From assembly GCA_938091905.1 (NCBI GenBank), contig CALKOM010000025.1, positions 1-30,124 on the forward strand: DNA of 30,124 nucleotides. Direction: 5' to 3'. Position numbers and translations under genes: made by a program. The DNA comes from an uncultured Verrucomicrobiales bacterium. Its GTDB lineage: Bacteria; Verrucomicrobiota; Verrucomicrobiia; Verrucomicrobiales; DEV007. The number at the start of each line of letters is the position of its first letter. Position 1 is the first letter of the stretch. The notes under the pieces were generated by a model. It saw nothing but the letters and a program-made list of their open reading frames with translations, did no database searches and had not been told where the DNA came from. This document shows, in pieces, positions 25,993 through 30,124 of the stretch.

Positions 25993-28524
25993 ATGAATCT
26001 CGCTTCCAATAACGCCTTTCTCCTTTCCGTCCTCATCAGTTTCCTTGTACCGTGCCATGCCTGGGCCCAGGGCTCTCAAGAAGATTATGACAGGGCTGAT
26101 GAACTGAGGAAGCGTTTCTCTGGGAAGGTTTTCCGGGATAACATCAAGCCTCGGTGGATCGGGGATGCGAGGTTCTGGTATGAGGTGAAGACGGGGAAGG
26201 AGGCGTCTGAGTTTTTGATGGTGGATGCAGAGGCGGGGACGCGGAAGCCGGCCTTCGATCGTGAGGGGTTGGCTTCAGCTCTTACGAAAGCGGCTGGGGA
26301 ACCGATAGCTGCAGACAAGCTGCCTTTGCGGGATCTTGAGTTTGTGAATGAGGGGGCCGAACTGAAGTTTGTCGTGGGGCGGCGTGGGTTTCGCTATGAT
26401 GTAACAAGCGGTGAGTTGTCGCGGATTGAAAGAGAAGCTTTGGAGAATGGGACGACAGTGACGGTGTTAGGGGCAGCGCGGGCGGCTCGTTTTAATGGCG
26501 AAAGTACGGAGATCTCGTTTCTGAATGAGACGGACGCCGAGATCGAATTCTTCTGGGTGGGGGATCCGGATGCGCCTACGTCTTACGGCAAGGTCAAGCC
26601 TGGGGAAGAGATCGCCCAACACACTTATGCGGGGCATGTTTGGCTGGTGACGGCTCCTGGAAGTGAGGTTCCCTTAGGCGTCTTTGAAGCGACAGCGACT
26701 CCGGGGCTTGCGGTGATTGATGGTTCTTGGAAGCTGGGGAAGGTTGAGAAGAAGCGTGATCGCAGGCAGCGAAGCGATCGCAGACCTCGCTCAGGGCTTT
26801 CGCCAGATGGCAAGTGGCGTGTGAATTTTGAACGTCATAATGTGAGGCTTATCGAGGTTTCGAGTGACGCGGTGTTCGAACTTACGGTTTCGGGAACGGC
26901 AGAAGATCCGTTTCAAGGGCCCGTGCACTGGTCGCCTGATGGAAAGAAGCTCGTGGTGATGCAGCGGAGGATCGCTGAGAAACGTGTGGTTCACACGGTG
27001 GAATCTTCGCCGAAAGAACAGCTTCAGCCGGAGCTAAAGAGCTTTGACTATGTGAAGCCGGGCGATGTGTTAGATCATCCTCGCCCTCATCTGTTTGATG
27101 TGGCGACGAGAACCCAGATCTCCATTTCTGAGGATCTCTTTCCTGATCCCTGGCGCCTGTCGGAGTTTCACTGGGAGGCGGATTCTTCGCGCTTCACCTT
27201 TCTCTACAACCAACGTGGTCATCAAGTCCTCCGCGTGGTGGCGGTGGATGCGGAGACGGGTCGAGCGTCTACCTTGATTGAGGAAGTACCCGAGACCTTT
27301 GTCTGTTATTCCTCGAAGACCTTCTATCGTCGGTTGGAGGAGACCAATGAGATTTTGTGGATGTCAGAGCGGGATGGGTGGAATCATCTCTATCTCTTCG
27401 ATAGCGAGACGGGCGCCTTGAAGAACCAAGTGACCCAAGGAGAATGGGTCGTTCGCAAGGTGGATCGCGTGGATTCTGAGAAGCGGGAGATTTGGTTTCA
27501 AGCGGGAGGGCTCCATCCCGACCAGGACCCCTATCAGGTGCACTACGCGCGTGTTCGTTTTGATGGCACAGAGCTGGTGTGCTTGACGGAGGGAGATGGC
27601 ACGCATCGTGTGGAGTATTCACCAAATGGTCGCTATCTCATCGATACATACTCGCGGGTGGACTTGCCGCCGGTGCGGGAACTGCGGCGCGTGCAGGATG
27701 GAAGCCTGGTGATGGCCTTGGAAGAGGCGAATGTCTCAGCGCTTCGCGAAGCTGGCTGGCAAGCGCCCGAGCGTTTTGTGGCCACAGGGCGCGATGGCGA
27801 AACGCCGATCTATGGGATCATTCACAAACCTAGCAACTTCGATCCGAACAAGCGCTACCCAGTCATCGAGAAGATCTACGCGGGGCCGCATGCGGCGCAT
27901 GTGCCGAAGTCATTCTCGACGGGTGGCTCGCAGATTGCGGAGTTGGGCTTCATCGTGGTGCAGATCGATGGCATGGGCACCTCACATCGTTCGAAAGCGT
28001 TCCATGATGTGTGTTGGCAGAATATTGGCGATGCGGGATTTCCTGACAGAGTGCGATGGATCAAGGCGGCTGCAGGATCACGTCCCTGGATGGATCTTTC
28101 GCGCGTGGGTATCTATGGCGGTTCAGCTGGAGGCCAGAATGCGATGCGGGCGTTGATTGCGCATCACGATTTCTATCATGTCGCCGTGGCCGACTGTGGG
28201 TGTCATGACAATCGGATGGATAAGATCTGGTGGAACGAGCAGTGGATGGGCTACCCTATTGGTGAGCATTATGCGGCGTCTTCGAATGTGGATCAGGCCC
28301 ATCGGATGGAGGGTAAACTCATGCTGATCGTGGGTGAGCTTGATACGAATGTGGATCCGGCCTCAACGATGCAGGTCGTGGATGCTCTCATCAAGGCTGA
28401 CAAGGATTTTGATCTCGTAGTGATTCCGGGTGCGGGACACGGGGCGGCAGGGACTGCGTATGGCAGAAGGCGCCAACGAGATTTCTTTGTTCGGCATTTG
28501 CTAGGAGTGGAGCCTCGGCATTAG
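25993..28524 (+). CDS. Secreted S9 family peptidase (DPP-IV-like propeller + prolyl oligopeptidase domain) with a VHL-beta-like insertion
   Basis: Signal peptide; SPDGK repeats, SERDGWNHLY, IYAGPH, GIYGGSAGG (Ser), ELDTNVDP (Asp), GAGHG (His). Confidence 0.92.
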   Translation: MNLASNNAFLLSVLISFLVPCHAWAQGSQEDYDRADELRKRFSGKVFRDNIKPRWIGDARFWYEVKTGKEASEFLMVDAEAGTRKPAFDREGLASALTKAAGEPIAADKLPLRDLEFVNEGAELKFVVGRRGFRYDVTSGELSRIEREALENGTTVTVLGAARAARFNGESTEISFLNETDAEIEFFWVGDPDAPTSYGKVKPGEEIAQHTYAGHVWLVTAPGSEVPLGVFEATATPGLAVIDGSWKLGKVEKKRDRRQRSDRRPRSGLSPDGKWRVNFERHNVRLIEVSSDAVFELTVSGTAEDPFQGPVHWSPDGKKLVVMQRRIAEKRVVHTVESSPKEQLQPELKSFDYVKPGDVLDHPRPHLFDVATRTQISISEDLFPDPWRLSEFHWEADSSRFTFLYNQRGHQVLRVVAVDAETGRASTLIEEVPETFVCYSSKTFYRRLEETNEILWMSERDGWNHLYLFDSETGALKNQVTQGEWVVRKVDRVDSEKREIWFQAGGLHPDQDPYQVHYARVRFDGTELVCLTEGDGTHRVEYSPNGRYLIDTYSRVDLPPVRELRRVQDGSLVMALEEANVSALREAGWQAPERFVATGRDGETPIYGIIHKPSNFDPNKRYPVIEKIYAGPHAAHVPKSFSTGGSQIAELGFIVVQIDGMGTSHRSKAFHDVCWQNIGDAGFPDRVRWIKAAAGSRPWMDLSRVGIYGGSAGGQNAMRALIAHHDFYHVAVADCGCHDNRMDKIWWNEQWMGYPIGEHYAASSNVDQAHRMEGKLMLIVGELDTNVDPASTMQVVDALIKADKDFDLVVIPGAGHGAAGTAYGRRRQRDFFVRHLLGVEPRH

Positions 28525-28528
28525 GGAA

Positions 28529-28556
28529 TGGTGAGAACTACGGATTTGCAATCCGT
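28529..28556 (-). other. tRNA-3'-end-like fragment, candidate att site
   Basis: Minus strand reads ACGGA-TTGCAAA-TCCGT-AGTTCTC-A-CCA (5-bp stem, 7-nt loop, 7 nt, discriminator, CCA), ~155 nt upstream of an integrase. Confidence 0.5.
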
Positions 28557-28710
28557 GGATTTACCCGTAAACAGCCAGGCTTTAACGGCTTTGTAACGGT
28601 TTTATTGGCCTTTTCGCTTCCATTCGCGTAGGTTCCAGCCAGTTAGAACACGTTCCAAATCGAAAGAGGTTTTCTTATCGAAGTATCAGCACTCGCGATA
28701 CAATTGGGTC

Positions 28711-29802
28711 GTGCGCTACCCAGATGGAGGCAAGCGCAAGGCTTGCTACTTCCGGCTCAAGAAGGAAGCCTTAGCGTTCCAAGAAACCAGGGAAGCCGAA
28801 CTCTCAAAGCACGGGGAAACGTTGCTAGCCGATAAAGAGGCCAGCGCCGTTCGCGACTACAGAGGAGAGATCACCAGTCTAGGCGGAAACATTCGCGATG
28901 GGCTCAATCTTTACGTGGAGTCACTGAAGCGTGACCAGAAATCGATTCTCGTTGAGGACATGGTCTCCCGTTACATCGATGACGCCAAACACCGTGGCTT
29001 ATCGAAGCGACACATTGAAGACCTACGCTCACGGCTGGGAAACAAGTTCGTTGATACGTTCAAGGAGAGATGGATCTCATCACTTAATGGCGACGAGTTA
29101 TGCCAGTGGATGGCGGAGGCCGGACCTTCACCCCAGTCATTCAACAAATGCCGCTCCTTGGTGAATGCTCTATTCCGAATGGCTGTCACCGAGCAGCACT
29201 GCAAGGACAACCCTGTCGCTGCCATCAAGCCCAAGAAGATCGTACGCGGGAAAGTGGCGATCCTTACGCCGTCAGAAATAAACAGGCTTCTCAGCGTAGC
29301 TAATTAGATGGACGGTGAAATGGTTCCCTTCATTGCTTTGCAAGCGTTCGCAGGAATGAGGGATTCGGAAGCCAAGGAGATCCACTGGGAGGCCATTAGG
29401 GTGGACCGAAACTTGATTGATGTTTCCGCTGACGTGGCCAAGCGCAACGAACCGCGATGGACAAAGATTGAGCCTTGCCTCCATGCATGGATTTCCCTTC
29501 ACAGGAAGCTCCGAGGCAAGGTGCGTCCCAAGAATGCACGGAAGCGCCTTGAGGCGATCCGTGAGGCTGCTGGTTTCGATGACTGGCAAGCTACCCACAA
29601 CAACGCGCTAAGGCATTCTTTCGGGTCCTATCACCTAGCGATGTTCTCCGACGCAGGCAAGACACGCGAAGAGATGGGTCACACCGACGAGCCGAGTTTT
29701 CGCAAAGATTATCGGGAACGCGTTTTACCCGAAGATGCTCAAGCCTATTGGGCGACCATGCCAACTAACGAAAGTTCCAGGGTGATTGAGATCGCTTTGT
29801 AG
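28711..29802 (+). pseudogene. int: Tyrosine recombinase/phage-type integrase interrupted by an in-frame TAG (29305-29307)
   Basis: Two ORFs abut in the same frame. N-part: arm/core-binding-like, ...LVNALF...DNPV...ILTPSEINRLL. C-part: AGMRDSEA (R), AK (K), NALRHSFGSYH, MGH, DYR (Y). Confidence 0.85.
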
Positions 29803-30124
29803 CTGTTAAGAAGTGCTCTGAGTGAGTCCTGAGTCTAACTCATCCGTTACCAAAGCAAGAGGGGTAGGGGGGGCAGCTAGTAAATGTTAAGTAGAACCGA
29901 CTTAACTTCCCACTTTCTACTTCACATTTACGAGAAAGTTCCACAGCCATCCCATAGGGCGAACTGAAAAGAGAGGCTGGGACCTCTGAAGCTAACCTGC
30001 TACAGGCAGGCTTAGTGAAAAAGACGCCACATCGCCCCCAGCCAAAGAATAGATACTCCATTCTCAATGCCGTTTGCAAGTACATCCCGGCATGTCTCGT
30101 TTCCAAGTTGGCCCGCAAGCACGG

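Larger units (their letters stand above)
28529..30124. mobile_element. Left edge of a putative integrated element (genomic island/prophage remnant) continuing beyond the window
   Basis: att-like fragment, tandem 10-mer repeats and an integrase directly follow an ordinary host gene. Confidence 0.55.

Noticed and set aside
28500..28600. Complete tRNA-Cys or tRNA-Ala gene
   Set aside because: Only one stem-loop plus a CCA end; no D-arm or full cloverleaf on either strand.
29840..30118. 92-aa minus-strand ORF
   Set aside because: No recognisable motif, atypical composition, and at the window edge; cannot be supported.
1..30124. CRISPR array, rRNA, and the many short antisense or nested ORFs in the track
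   Set aside because: No regularly spaced repeats or rRNA-like sequence were seen; the nested ORFs are shadows of well-supported genes.

Overview
This 30 kb bacterial window is most likely from a Verrucomicrobiota/PVC genome (inferred from a PEP-CTERM protein, a PVC-type dehydrogenase-domain protein, sulfatase fusions and DUF1080). Left (1-11409): a sialoglycan-degradation cluster. It has a 5'-truncated sulfatase + sialate O-acetylesterase + GH33 sialidase fusion, a second sulfatase + sialidase fusion, a DUF218/YdcF protein, an N-acylglucosamine 2-epimerase and a secreted metallophosphoesterase. The cluster is interrupted by an L,D-transpeptidase-like gene and a cryptic, internally deleted REP/RAYT (Y1 transposase) element, which the ORF track wrongly joins to the second sulfatase. 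Middle (11413-22055, minus strand): PadR with a perfect 13-bp-arm palindromic operator, a HAAS-like/multi-TM/VIT/vWA/PEP-CTERM protein, a frameshifted small membrane gene, two secreted alpha/beta hydrolases, pyruvate carboxylase, a D-threonine-aldolase-family PLP enzyme and a DUF1080 protein. Right: an SGNH-like/PVC dehydrogenase/HEAT/cupredoxin protein, a 718-bp gap that may hold a decayed gene, an S9 peptidase with an inserted VHL-beta-like domain, and a tRNA-3'-end-like att site beside a tyrosine integrase split by an in-frame TAG. That site probably marks the edge of an integrated element continuing past the window. All calls come from motifs recognised by eye; no searches were run.
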